Shown: positions 29,889-39,463, counted from the first letter of the stretch. The stretch is DNA of 64,000 nucleotides from Treponemataceae bacterium (GCA_963667725.2 CAXXHO010000003.1:1312001-1376000), one strand, 5' to 3'. Program-made: numbers and translations. Notes: generated by a model not told the origin, from the sequence alone.

Positions 29889-31028
29889 TTATATCGTTGC
29901 CATGATGAAGATGAGGGGCACGAGGGCCAAGACCATGCCGCCGGCTATGACCGATCCCAGCTGGCCGGAAACATTGGAGCCGATGGCATGCATGAGGATG
30001 ATGTTGCCCTTTTCCTCTTCATTCGCCATCTTCTGAATGATGCGGCCGGACATCGGGAAGGCAGAGATTCCGCAGGCGCCTATCATTGGGTTAATTTTCT
30101 TGTCTTTGGGAAGGAAGAGATTGACGAACTTGGCGAAGAGCACGCCGCCAGCCGTATCGAATATGAAAGCCACGAGGCCCATGCCCATGATGAGGAAGGT
30201 CTTCCATGTGAGGAAGTTCACGGCTGTCATGGAGGCGCCTATCGTGATGCCCAGGAGAAGCGTCACGAGATAGGCCAATTCGTTCTGGGCGGTCTGGGAG
30301 AGCCGCTCGAGGACGCCGGACTCGCGGATCAAGTTGCCGAACATCAACGAGCCGATGAGGGGAACCGAGATCGGGGCCACAAAACCGGAGATCATCGTAA
30401 CGAGTATGGGGAAAAGCACCTTGAGCCACTTGGGCGAATTGGATTCATGATAGGCCATATGGATCTTTCTCTCGCTGCTCGTCGTCAGCGCCTTGATTAC
30501 GGGCGGCTGGATAAGGGGCACGAGTGACATGTAGGAATAGGCCGCTACCGAGATGGGCGCCAATAGATGAGGGGCAAAGATGTTGGCGACGAAGATGGAG
30601 GTGGGACCGTCGGCTGCGCCGATGATGCCGATGCTCGCCGCTTCCTTGAGGTCGAAACCAAGCATCGTCGCTATGATCATCGTCGCGAAGATGCCGAACT
30701 GAGCGGCCGCGCCGAAGAAGATCATCATCGGGTTCTTGAACAACGGCCCGAAATCGATCATCGCGCCTACCGCGATGAAAATCAGAAGCGGGAAGATTTC
30801 AGTGGCTATGCCCATGTTGTAGAGAATCTTGAGGAATCCATCGGCGCCGGCATGTTCCCATACGACGGAGAGCGGCAAATTGACCAGGATGGCGCCAAAA
30901 CCGATCGGGAGAAGGAGCATGGGTTCATATTCCTTGTTGATAGCCAACCAGATGAGAACACCCCCGATCCCGTACATAACAAGCATCTGCCATGTTATGG
31001 ATGTAAAACCTATGAAAACATCCTGCAT
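29889..31028 (-). CDS. oadB: sodium-translocating decarboxylase beta subunit
   Basis: EPMLLLPIGFG, GAAAQFGIF, IGIIGAADGPT, VAAYSYMSLVP, GISAFPMSGR. Confidence 0.9.
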   Translation of the reverse strand: MQDVFIGFTSITWQMLVMYGIGGVLIWLAINKEYEPMLLLPIGFGAILVNLPLSVVWEHAGADGFLKILYNMGIATEIFPLLIFIAVGAMIDFGPLFKNPMMIFFGAAAQFGIFATMIIATMLGFDLKEAASIGIIGAADGPTSIFVANIFAPHLLAPISVAAYSYMSLVPLIQPPVIKALTTSSERKIHMAYHESNSPKWLKVLFPILVTMISGFVAPISVPLIGSLMFGNLIRESGVLERLSQTAQNELAYLVTLLLGITIGASMTAVNFLTWKTFLIMGMGLVAFIFDTAGGVLFAKFVNLFLPKDKKINPMIGACGISAFPMSGRIIQKMANEEEKGNIILMHAIGSNVSGQLGSVIAGGMVLALVPLIFIMATI

Positions 31029-31101
31029 TTCGAGACGTTCCTTTCCGAACCAAAAGCCGGGCGGCTCAAGATATCGGTAATAATAATGACGAATCGGAAA
31101 A

Positions 31102-31130
31102 ATTTTATCTTATTACTTCCCTTTTCGCAA
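31102..31130 (-). promoter_or_regulatory. promoter of oadB
   Basis: TTGCGA-N17-TAAAAT. Confidence 0.55.
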
Positions 31131-31239
31131 TCCTGCAGAACCCGCAAAACATTATTTAATCTGCTCTGAAGGCCGCCGACGGAACAGAGAGAGCGACGCT
31201 AGAACAGCGAAAGCCCGCGATGCTATGATAATGATCAGT

Positions 31240-32337
31240 ATGAACAGCGATACCACGGTAGCGGTCGGACTATCAGGCGGGGTGGACTCCGCCCTAGCCG
31301 CCGCGATTCTGAAAGATGAAGGATACAAGGTCATCGGCCTCACCATGAAAATATGGAAAGGCGCCTATAAGATTCAGGAAGGCCTTAAACACGCGTGCTT
31401 CGGTCCAGGCGAAGAAGAGGATATCGCTGCCTGCGAAAGGCTTTCCGCTCAGCTCGGAATCGAATACAGGGTAATCGACCTATCTGAAGAATATGAAAAG
31501 CACGTCATCGAGTACTTCCGGAAAGAATATCTTGAAGGCCGGACGCCCAACCCCTGCGTCATCTGCAATAGGGAGCTGAAATTCGGTTTCCTGATCGATA
31601 GGGCTCATGACGCAGGGCTTGAGTTCGACTTCTTCGCCACGGGCCATTACGCGCGAAAAGAAGTCCGCCATGGGATCAGCTTTGTCCGGACGGCCGTGGA
31701 TTCCGCCAAAGACCAGACCTACTTCCTCTACGGCCTCGAATCCCCCAGGCTGGAAAAAATCCTATTTCCCCTCGGCATGATGACGAAGGATGAAGTGAGA
31801 AAACTTGCCCGTTCTCATGGCCTGGAGGTGGCGGAAAAACCGGAAAGCCAGGACTTCGTAGCCGGCGGCGACTACGCTCCCCTTTTTGAAAGCGAAACGC
31901 CCGCTACTGGCGATATCGTCGATACCGCGGGTAACGTTCTAGGAAAACATAAGGGCCTGCCTTACTACACGATAGGCCAACGAAGGGGAATCGGCATCAG
32001 CACGGGGCCGACACCTCTCTATGTTCTCTCGCTCGATGCCCATAAAAACAGAGTCATCGTAGGCCCTAATGCAGGGCTCTTCTCATCAGGGCTACGATGC
32101 GGCAATTTCAGGTTCCAGGACCCATGCATGGCCGGGGGGAAAGTGGCCGGGCTGGCGAAAATCCGACAGAACCACAAGCCCGTATCATGTTCGGTCACCT
32201 GCTCGGGACAGGGCGTCGCCGTCGAATTTGAGATCGCTCAGAGGGCTGTGGCGCCCGGTCAATCCTTCGTCCTCTATTCCGGTGATGGTCTTGTTTTGGG
32301 TGGCGGCATCATCGATGAGGCGATCCCGGCGGAATAG
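31240..32337 (+). CDS. mnmA: tRNA 2-thiouridine(34) synthase
   Basis: SGGVDS, TPNPCVICN, ATGHYA, KDQTYFL, YTIGQRRG, APGQ. Confidence 0.95.
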   Translation: MNSDTTVAVGLSGGVDSALAAAILKDEGYKVIGLTMKIWKGAYKIQEGLKHACFGPGEEEDIAACERLSAQLGIEYRVIDLSEEYEKHVIEYFRKEYLEGRTPNPCVICNRELKFGFLIDRAHDAGLEFDFFATGHYARKEVRHGISFVRTAVDSAKDQTYFLYGLESPRLEKILFPLGMMTKDEVRKLARSHGLEVAEKPESQDFVAGGDYAPLFESETPATGDIVDTAGNVLGKHKGLPYYTIGQRRGIGISTGPTPLYVLSLDAHKNRVIVGPNAGLFSSGLRCGNFRFQDPCMAGGKVAGLAKIRQNHKPVSCSVTCSGQGVAVEFEIAQRAVAPGQSFVLYSGDGLVLGGGIIDEAIPAE

Positions 32338-32347
32338 ACGCGGCGTG

Positions 32348-32377
32348 TTGACGCTGAGCCGCGGCAATGAGTACTAT
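32348..32377 (+). promoter_or_regulatory. promoter of ssrA
   Basis: TTGACG-N18-TACTAT. Confidence 0.65.
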
Positions 32378-32390
32378 TCAATCTGTGATC

Positions 32391-32749
32391 GGGGGTGCAC
32401 TGGTTTCGACTCGTGCGGTCCGTATCATGCGTTGCAGGTGGAGACGCCGACCTCCTAACATTCGGCAAACTTTTACTTGCCAACAACAATGGCAATCTCG
32501 CTCTCGCCGCGTAAGTAGCGTAGAACGACGGACGTCCCGATGCGCCGCCCTGAGCGTCGGAAACGTCTGCAACTGACCGGGGCTCACTTCCCGCGCAGTC
32601 CGGGGCGCGGGGAGGAAAACAAACCGGAATACGAATCGGGGGAGCGCGCCGTCCCGCGCCCCTGGTTTCGACAACCCAAATGGATGGACAAACCTGTAGA
32701 TGCGTGTGGTGCGCGTTCGGGGACGGGGGTTCGACTCCCCCCACCTCCA
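32391..32749 (+). ncRNA. ssrA: transfer-messenger RNA; tag reading frame 32479-32514 encodes ANNNGNLALAA
   Basis: 5' GGGGGTG...GGTTTCGAC; 3' GGGGGTTCGACTCCCCCCACCTCCA T-arm and acceptor stem with G3.U; tag ends LALAA-stop. Confidence 0.95.
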
Positions 32750-32757
32750 CAAACCTT

Positions 32758-32789
32758 CGAGGGGCTGTCCGGCGTCGGACAGCCCCTCG
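32758..32789 (+). terminator. hairpin downstream of ssrA
   Basis: perfect 14-bp stem CGAGGGGCTGTCCG/CGGACAGCCCCTCG; weak U-run. Confidence 0.6.
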
Positions 32790-32807
32790 TCAATTAAAGG
32801 AATCTAT

Positions 32808-33401
32808 ATGATCGGCTCGATATGCGTATTCTGCGGCTCGTCTCAAGGCGTTTCGCCCGTCTACGGCGAAATGGCCGTAGATCTAGGCAGGCTCATAGCC
32901 CGCAGAGGCATTACCCTCGTCTATGGCGGCGGCAACGTCGGCACTATGGGGATTCTGGCGGAAGCGGCCATGAAAGAAGGCGGCAAGGTAATCGGAATCA
33001 TCCCGGTGCGCCTGAACGAAATGGTGGACCATATGGAACTCTCCGAACTTTTTGTCGTGAAGGACATGCATGAGCGCAAAGCCCTCATGCAGGAAAAGGC
33101 CGATGCCTTCATCACCCTGCCCGGCGGTATAGGCACCATGGAAGAACTTTTCGAAGTGTGGGCATGGCGATACATCGGCTACCATTCCAAGCCGGTAGGC
33201 CTCATCAACGCCAACGGATTTTACGACGATCTTCTAAAGCTGCTCACGAAGATGACGGACGAGGGGTTCATGAAGAAAGCCATGCTGGACGATCTCTGCG
33301 TCGCCGACAACCCCAAGGACATTCTCGAGGCGATAGAAGCCAAGATAGCGGCCGGCCTCGCTCCCACACTGAAGGTGCCGGAGAGGCGAAGCCGAGTCTG
33401 A
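32808..33401 (+). CDS. LOG family nucleotide phosphoribohydrolase (TIGR00730-like)
   Basis: CVFCGS, LVYGGG, MHERK, PGGIGTMEE. Confidence 0.9.
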   Translation: MIGSICVFCGSSQGVSPVYGEMAVDLGRLIARRGITLVYGGGNVGTMGILAEAAMKEGGKVIGIIPVRLNEMVDHMELSELFVVKDMHERKALMQEKADAFITLPGGIGTMEELFEVWAWRYIGYHSKPVGLINANGFYDDLLKLLTKMTDEGFMKKAMLDDLCVADNPKDILEAIEAKIAAGLAPTLKVPERRSRV

Positions 33402-33413
33402 CGGCATTTACGC

Positions 33414-34853
33414 CTATCTCGCCTTAAGATACTTTTTAATGAGCCCCAGTTTCAGCTCGCGCAGCTTCGTGGATATGGAAACCTTGTAGACATGGGGATT
33501 CAGTTGCCGGAGATAGGTAGTATCGAAGGATTCCAGCCTTTTGGCCAAATATTCCTGACTGCTCCGCAGATCGGGTTGACCGCCTACCGTCTTGCCGTTC
33601 TCCATCACTTTGGATAAAAGCGGTTCCACCATGGCGGGCTGGATGGACAGTTTGCGATAGTCGCCCATCGGATGATTGGCCGTGATCACGGTCCCCGTTT
33701 CGGGCACCTCTTCATCGAGCGTAATCAGATCCAACCTGGCCGTTCCGCTTTCATCGTAGAGTCTGTAGAGGTTTTTCCTGCCGGGATTCGTCGATTTTTC
33801 CGGATTATCCGAAACCTTCATCACCGCTTTTTCAGTAGTCCCGTTCCGCATGGCAGCAAGTTTATAGACACCGGTGAAAGCCGCTTCGTCACCGCCCGTC
33901 ACCAGCTTGGTTCCCACGCCCCATACATCGATGGGCGCTTTCGAGCTTTTCAGGTGCTCGATGATGGTTTCGTCGAGTTCATTGGAGACGACGATCCTGG
34001 CATCGGGAAAACCGGCATTGTCCAGCCTTTCGCGTACCTTTCTCGTGAGATAGTCGATATCCCCCGAATCCAGGCGAACGCCGAAGGAAGATCCCTTCGC
34101 CGCGAGTTCCTTCCCCACGATTATCGCGTTGTTGATGCCCGACTCAAGGGTGTTGTAGGTATCGATCAGCAGAACCGCGTTGCTTGGATAGATCTCGGCG
34201 TAGGCTCTGAAGGCGTCCAGTTCGGACGGGAAGGTCATCACCCAGGAATGGGCCATGGTTCCCAGGACAGGCATGCCGAAGAGCTTGCCGGCCAGGGTGT
34301 TCGAAGTGCCATAGGCTCCGCCGATGAAAGCCGCCCTTGCCGCTGAGATGGCTCCGTCAGCTCCTTGCGCCCGCCGCAAGCCGAACTCCATGATCCTGCC
34401 CCTCTCCGAGGCAAGCCAGATGCGCGCCGATTTCGTGGCGATCAGGCTCTGGAAGTTAAGGGTATTGAGGACGAGGCCTTCCACTATCTGAGCCTGCACC
34501 AGATCGCCCTCGATGCGGACAATTGGCTCCTGAGGGAATATGAGCTCGCCTTCCTTCACCGACAGAAGCTCCCCTTTAAACCTGAAGTCCTTAAGGTAAT
34601 CCAGGAAACCTTTGTCGAAAATTCCGAGGGACTCAAGATAAGCCAGATCGTCCTGCGTGAAATGAAAATTCTCGAGCGCCTCGAGGAGAGTGCCGAGACC
34701 GGCGAAGACCGAGTAGCCTCCGGCAAAAGGCTGGCGGCGGAAAAAGTAATCGAAGACAACCTTGTGCTCGTTTATGCCCCGCTTCCAGTAGCCTTGGGCC
34801 ATCGTAAGCTCGTAAAAATCGGTAAAAAGAGCGTTGTTCATTATTTCATTCAT
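33414..34853 (-). CDS. pncB: nicotinate phosphoribosyltransferase
   Basis: TDFYELTM, EFGLRRAQ, GTMAHSW, LIDTY, VRLDSGD, GVGTKL. Confidence 0.95.
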   Translation of the reverse strand: MNEIMNNALFTDFYELTMAQGYWKRGINEHKVVFDYFFRRQPFAGGYSVFAGLGTLLEALENFHFTQDDLAYLESLGIFDKGFLDYLKDFRFKGELLSVKEGELIFPQEPIVRIEGDLVQAQIVEGLVLNTLNFQSLIATKSARIWLASERGRIMEFGLRRAQGADGAISAARAAFIGGAYGTSNTLAGKLFGMPVLGTMAHSWVMTFPSELDAFRAYAEIYPSNAVLLIDTYNTLESGINNAIIVGKELAAKGSSFGVRLDSGDIDYLTRKVRERLDNAGFPDARIVVSNELDETIIEHLKSSKAPIDVWGVGTKLVTGGDEAAFTGVYKLAAMRNGTTEKAVMKVSDNPEKSTNPGRKNLYRLYDESGTARLDLITLDEEVPETGTVITANHPMGDYRKLSIQPAMVEPLLSKVMENGKTVGGQPDLRSSQEYLAKRLESFDTTYLRQLNPHVYKVSISTKLRELKLGLIKKYLKAR

Positions 34854-35467
34854 TGGATCATCTCTTTCAGCGCGACGATGCGGCAGCCCGCGCTTTTCAT
34901 TGTTTCGATGGCCTTCCCGGCATCGCCGGGGGCAGCATCCACGGCCTTGATTCCCTCGGCGACAATATCGACGCCGAGCCCCAGCCTGCGGGCGTCCATG
35001 GCCGTAGCCTTGACGCAATAGTCGGTGGCAAGCCCGACCACGACGATGGATCGGATGCCAAGCGCTTCCAGCCACCCGGATAGCCCGGTGGAAGTCACCC
35101 CATCGTTCTCGAAAAAGGCGGAATAGCTGTCCAGACCGGGATTTGTCCCCTTGCGAAGGATCAGCCGGGCAAGGTCGGCTCTGAGCCCCGGATGGAAATC
35201 CGCTCCCCTCGATCCGGCCACGCAGTGATCCGGCCAGAGCACCCGCGGGGGACTGACGCTTTCATCGAGGGCGTAAGCCTTTTTCCCCGCCGAGGAAGCG
35301 AAAGATACATGGCCTCGGGGATGCCAGTCCTGCGTAAGGACCGATAGAGGCATTCTCCCCAGCAGCAGGTTGGCTACCGGTATGACTTCATCGCCATGGG
35401 CAACCGCGAGGGCGCCCCCTGGGCAAAAATCGTTCTGTACGTCGACGACAATCAAGGCTGAATGCAT
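34850..35467 (-). CDS. pncA: nicotinamidase/pyrazinamidase
   Basis: DVQNDFCPGGAL, QDWHP, WPDHC, DSYSAF, GLATDYCV. Confidence 0.94.
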   Translation of the reverse strand: MHSALIVVDVQNDFCPGGALAVAHGDEVIPVANLLLGRMPLSVLTQDWHPRGHVSFASSAGKKAYALDESVSPPRVLWPDHCVAGSRGADFHPGLRADLARLILRKGTNPGLDSYSAFFENDGVTSTGLSGWLEALGIRSIVVVGLATDYCVKATAMDARRLGLGVDIVAEGIKAVDAAPGDAGKAIETMKSAGCRIVALKEMIQ

Positions 35468-35568
35468 TGCTGTACCTTCATCTTCTGCGGATACCTATAA
35501 CTATACTGGCAGAACGGATTTTCGGAAAGCGTGGGCGTGACAAGATCGGAATATTCGTCCGATGGAGA

Positions 35569-37197
35569 TCAATCCCGAGCGGTGGAAAATCCCATTGTCA
35601 GGCTAGGGAACCGAGCGGGCAAGGCGTCAAGGGCATAGCCACCTTCCGGGCTCTTCAACGCCAAAGTCACCGCGAGATTTCCTAAAACCAGAATTTTTTG
35701 GGTCAGCTCTCCCGATATCGAAAAAGAAAAAAGAGAATCCGTCCTTTTCGCCGAGACGCCTATTTTCACGCTTCCCTGCCCCAGCCATGTTCCTGATGCC
35801 GAATCCACCCACCGCAAGCCGCATTCACCCCCGATCGAACGAAGGCTGATGCTGTCGCCAGCGCTGTTTGTCAGCCACTCCAGCGGCGACAATCCTCCAC
35901 TTTCCGCGAAGTCCTCCTCATCATCATTTTCAGTTGCCGTCGCATCCTCGTCCACGCCGTTTCTCGAGAATGACAGCTTGCCTGCAGCCCTGAATGTCAA
36001 GCGATGGGAATCGACAGGCGTCTGGCTGTAGCGGAGAGAAAGCGATCCGCTCCGCCATCCGCCCGCGTCGGCCGAAAGCCTGCTGGCAAGACTGAAGGCT
36101 CCCAACCCCGCATCAACGGCGACGCTCAATAGGTCGGTCCGCCATAGCCAGAGCAAAGCTTCCACCGCCCGCAGATCTTCCCTGATCAAGGCCTGTTTTC
36201 CGCTTGAAGAATCATCTTCCGACAAGGATCCCGCCATGATTCTTGCCGTGAAATTCCATGCCTGCCCCTTGATCGAGGCTTTGGCGTCAGCTAAAAAATC
36301 ATAGAGAGAAGCTTCTCCCGAAACCGTTCTGTAAGGCCTGCTGGATGCAAAAACCGAAAAGCTCGTGCCGATGGATGCCAGGTTTGAGCCGAAAACCTTT
36401 ATAGGCCTTCCGTAAGCCCAATCCAGAGAAGCGGCTAAACCCGGATTTCCCAGATATCCAGCGCTGCCGGAAACCCAGGCGCCCGCCCGAGAATTCCCCA
36501 GTGCCATCCTGGCTGCCGAGGCGAGCGTAAAAAAAGTGGAACCGGGAGTAAAGGATGCTCCCGCCCGCCAGCCGTCGCCCGATACTTCGGCCGGCCTGTC
36601 GGCCAGGCTTGCTGAAAAAGCGAAGGACAGGGTTTCCGCGGTCTTCGACAACTCGATCCCCGCAGCGCGAAAGGATTCGTTGAACATTCTGCTTGAAGCG
36701 CTCGCATTGGCATCGGAATCGCTATCGACACTCACTTCAGATTGTATGCTTTTGGGTACAGCAAGCACGAAAATCTTAAGCCAGCCCGAACCGAATCCGA
36801 AAAGGAGCGAGTTTTTCGCTCCTTCCTCGCAGGCAAACCAGAGGCTGTCGGAAGGAGCCGATACGACGCTATAGGGCTTAACCTTCAAGGCCATACTGTC
36901 TTTTGTCTTGCCTGAACCCCAGAAGGCGACATAATCCTTCGAGCTATACGTAAGGTGCGGACTGCTGACGGTCGCTTCATCTAGAATCAACCCAACGCCA
37001 CAGGCTAGCTTTATGGCTTCGGGGAGGGAGTACTCGATCTTGGCGATCACCTCTTCCTCGTCGATCGAGATTTTTCCGGAAAGGCTCAGCCGCGACGCCT
37101 CCGCTGATCGCGGGAGCCCTTTGATGTCGCCGCAAACCGCGAAGAACAATAGAAAAAGAATCAGTTTCTTCACATAAAAGGAACGCGAGATAGCCAT
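35569..37197 (-). CDS. hypothetical exported protein, beta-strand-rich
   Basis: 542-aa ORF with N-terminal hydrophobic signal; no recognisable motif. Confidence 0.55.
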   Translation of the reverse strand: MAISRSFYVKKLILFLLFFAVCGDIKGLPRSAEASRLSLSGKISIDEEEVIAKIEYSLPEAIKLACGVGLILDEATVSSPHLTYSSKDYVAFWGSGKTKDSMALKVKPYSVVSAPSDSLWFACEEGAKNSLLFGFGSGWLKIFVLAVPKSIQSEVSVDSDSDANASASSRMFNESFRAAGIELSKTAETLSFAFSASLADRPAEVSGDGWRAGASFTPGSTFFTLASAARMALGNSRAGAWVSGSAGYLGNPGLAASLDWAYGRPIKVFGSNLASIGTSFSVFASSRPYRTVSGEASLYDFLADAKASIKGQAWNFTARIMAGSLSEDDSSSGKQALIREDLRAVEALLWLWRTDLLSVAVDAGLGAFSLASRLSADAGGWRSGSLSLRYSQTPVDSHRLTFRAAGKLSFSRNGVDEDATATENDDEEDFAESGGLSPLEWLTNSAGDSISLRSIGGECGLRWVDSASGTWLGQGSVKIGVSAKRTDSLFSFSISGELTQKILVLGNLAVTLALKSPEGGYALDALPARFPSLTMGFSTARD

Positions 37198-37234
37198 ATT
37201 CCCGCTTCACCCTATCGTAAATGTCCATGAAATA

Positions 37235-37263
37235 TTGACGATTGACTGATTATATATTAATAT
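37235..37263 (+). promoter_or_regulatory. promoter of the glutaredoxin-like gene
   Basis: TTGACG-N17-TAATAT in an AT-rich spacer; second TTGACT 7 bp downstream. Confidence 0.5.
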
Positions 37264-37294
37264 TTGAATATAGATTTTCCCCCGGGAGGCTTAG

Positions 37295-37525
37295 ATGTCT
37301 GTCACGCTATATTCGACCCCTAGTTGCGCCTACTGCAGGATGGCAAAAGACTATTTCAAGACAAAGGGCGTGCCCTTTACCGAATATAATGTCGCTTCGG
37401 ACCAGCGCAAGGCCGATGAGATGGTACGGAAATCCGGTCAAATGGGCGTTCCCGTAATCGATGTCAACGGAAGCATCATCATCGGCTTCAACAAGCCAGA
37501 AATCGAACGCGCCCTGCATCGCTGA
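37295..37525 (+). CDS. glutaredoxin-like protein (NrdH/YruB family)
   Basis: YSTPSCAYC, SGQMGVPVI, GFN; GGAGG RBS. Confidence 0.92.
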   Translation: MSVTLYSTPSCAYCRMAKDYFKTKGVPFTEYNVASDQRKADEMVRKSGQMGVPVIDVNGSIIIGFNKPEIERALHR

Positions 37526-37579
37526 AAGCGCTGAACGCCCCGCAACGGCACTCCCCGCGCCCCGTGGATGCAACAAATG

Positions 37580-37613
37580 AAAAGCCCATGAACATTGCCG
37601 TTCATGGGCTTTT
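37580..37613 (+). terminator. intrinsic terminator
   Basis: AAAAGCCCATGAAC-N6-GTTCATGGGCTTTT. Confidence 0.8.
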
Positions 37614-37666
37614 GCTTTATTATGCATGGCGGCTGCCCATATTTACCGCGCGGCCGGGAGCCATCG

Positions 37667-38452
37667 ATGAACCAGGATCAAGTAAAATCCATACTGCTCG
37701 ACGTTGAAGAATGCCCTACCCCTTTTACGCTGGTCTTCTCCGGCAAAGCCAATAAAAAGGTCAATGGACTCTATAAGCCAGAAAACGCCGAAATCGTTCT
37801 CCATAACAAGAACTTCGAATCGGACAATCAGCTGCTTTATACGGCGCTCCACGAATACGCCCACCACCTGCACCATGTTCGCCGCGGCGGTTTGCAGCAG
37901 TCGCGTCCGCATACCCAGGAATTCTGGGCGATATTTCATGTTTTGGTCCAGAAAGCCCAGGAGAAGGGCTATTACGAGAATATATTCGAGACAGTACCCG
38001 AATTCATCGAGCTCACGAAAACGATAAAAGAAAACTGCATACTGGCCAACGGCGAGATAATGCTCGAATTCGGCAGGCTCCTCGCCCAGGCATCACAGTT
38101 ATGCCGGGTTCACAGGGCAAGATTCGAAGACTATATCGAACGAGTACTTGGAGTTCCCAGGGCGACGGCCACCGCGGCCGTGACGGCGCAGCAGATCGGC
38201 CTCGATCCCGGGATGGGCTGGGACAGTCTTCGCTTCGTGTCGGGAATTCATGACGCCGACGAGCGCACGAAGGCTATCGAAGCGTTGTCGGCCGGCGCGA
38301 GCCCGACCTCGGTCAAAGGCTTTCTGAAAAGCGCCGATGCCGCGGAAGATCCCGCTGACCGTCTCTTCAAGGAAAAGGCCAGGATAGAAAAGACGATCCG
38401 AAGCCTCTCGGAACGTCTCGAGGAAATCGAGAGAAAGCTTTCTGAGATATAG
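37667..38452 (+). CDS. hypothetical protein with HEXXH motif, HTH-like region and coiled coil
   Basis: LHEYAHHLH...H...FW; C-terminal leucine-zipper-like tail; GGGAG RBS. Confidence 0.7.
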   Translation: MNQDQVKSILLDVEECPTPFTLVFSGKANKKVNGLYKPENAEIVLHNKNFESDNQLLYTALHEYAHHLHHVRRGGLQQSRPHTQEFWAIFHVLVQKAQEKGYYENIFETVPEFIELTKTIKENCILANGEIMLEFGRLLAQASQLCRVHRARFEDYIERVLGVPRATATAAVTAQQIGLDPGMGWDSLRFVSGIHDADERTKAIEALSAGASPTSVKGFLKSADAAEDPADRLFKEKARIEKTIRSLSERLEEIERKLSEI

Positions 38453-38482
38453 TGGATAATGCGGCCGACTGCCCTGTTAGCC

Positions 38483-39463
38483 TCAGCCCAGCTTGAAGCA
38501 GAGAGGAACCAGAAAAGGGACGACAAGGGAAAGCAGGGCGCCCGACATGAAGCTTATGGGGACAATCCAGGGTCCGGCCGATTGCTCGATGAGGGGCAAG
38601 GTTACGTCCATCGATGTGGCGCCGCCGACGCTGACGGCCATGACAGGGACCTTGCTTCTTCCAAGGAAAGGGATTAGCAGGAGCGCCAGACTTTCGCGAA
38701 ACATATTCGCCAGAAAGGATACGGATCCCAATACCGGGTCGCCAAGGTTGGAGATAAGAACGCCGGAGAGACTATACCAGCCGAATCCCCCCGCCAGCGC
38801 CATGGCCTTGCCCGCCGTAAGCGAAAACAGAGGCACAAGAACAAGGCTGGAAGCCAAGGTTCCCACCATCGTGGCCAAAGGTACGACGAGGGCGGCGGGA
38901 CTGGCAAACGCTTTTTTCAGGCTTGTTCCCGATTGCACGAACTGCATGCCGATGAAAAAGAGCAGCGCGTCCAGGGTCCAGCCCGTTACTCGCCCCATAT
39001 CGAAGGCGGCTGGCGGCAAAAACATCCCCGTCAGCAAGCCGGCGACGACGAAAGCGAGGAGCTTCAGCGGAGCTTTCAGCTGCGCGATGAAAGCGAGGAA
39101 CCTTTTCCTCAACGACCATCGCGGCGCGGATGAGCTGATGGTATCCGACGGGCGCGGTCCGCTCCCTCGCGCTTCCAACCGCCTCAGCCCCGGCACCACA
39201 AAACTGGCGCCATAGACCGCGAGACAGCTTCCCGTCACGGCCAGAACAGCGGTGGCCAAGGCCATGATTCCCATGGTTCCAAGATTCGCGAAGAGTTCCG
39301 GATTGTTGCCGATCCTGAACCCCATGCTGAAGAGAAGCGCCCAAAGGACATAGCGCACTATGCCATCGACGATCGAATTCTTGGGAGCCAGACGGAATTT
39401 GGCGAGCAGAGCTCCGCCGCAGATGAAAAAGAGAAGCGTCAGAATATCGATCAAACCCTGCAT
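38483..39463 (-). CDS. lysine exporter LysO (DUF340) family
   Basis: LLFSMGFRIG, GFGWYSLSG, N.FRE, GGATSMDVTLP. Confidence 0.88.
   Translation of the reverse strand: MQGLIDILTLLFFICGGALLAKFRLAPKNSIVDGIVRYVLWALLFSMGFRIGNNPELFANLGTMGIMALATAVLAVTGSCLAVYGASFVVPGLRRLEARGSGPRPSDTISSSAPRWSLRKRFLAFIAQLKAPLKLLAFVVAGLLTGMFLPPAAFDMGRVTGWTLDALLFFIGMQFVQSGTSLKKAFASPAALVVPLATMVGTLASSLVLVPLFSLTAGKAMALAGGFGWYSLSGVLISNLGDPVLGSVSFLANMFRESLALLLIPFLGRSKVPVMAVSVGGATSMDVTLPLIEQSAGPWIVPISFMSGALLSLVVPFLVPLCFKLG

Noticed and set aside
31029..31100. Na+-riboswitch-like or SD-sequestering leader upstream of oadB (TTTCCGA/TCGGAAA pairing)
   Set aside because: The 5' arm lies largely upstream of the predicted TSS (about 31095), and no riboswitch consensus was recognisable
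32274..32797. Several ORFs overlapping 32.3-32.8 kb
   Set aside because: The region is explained by tmRNA
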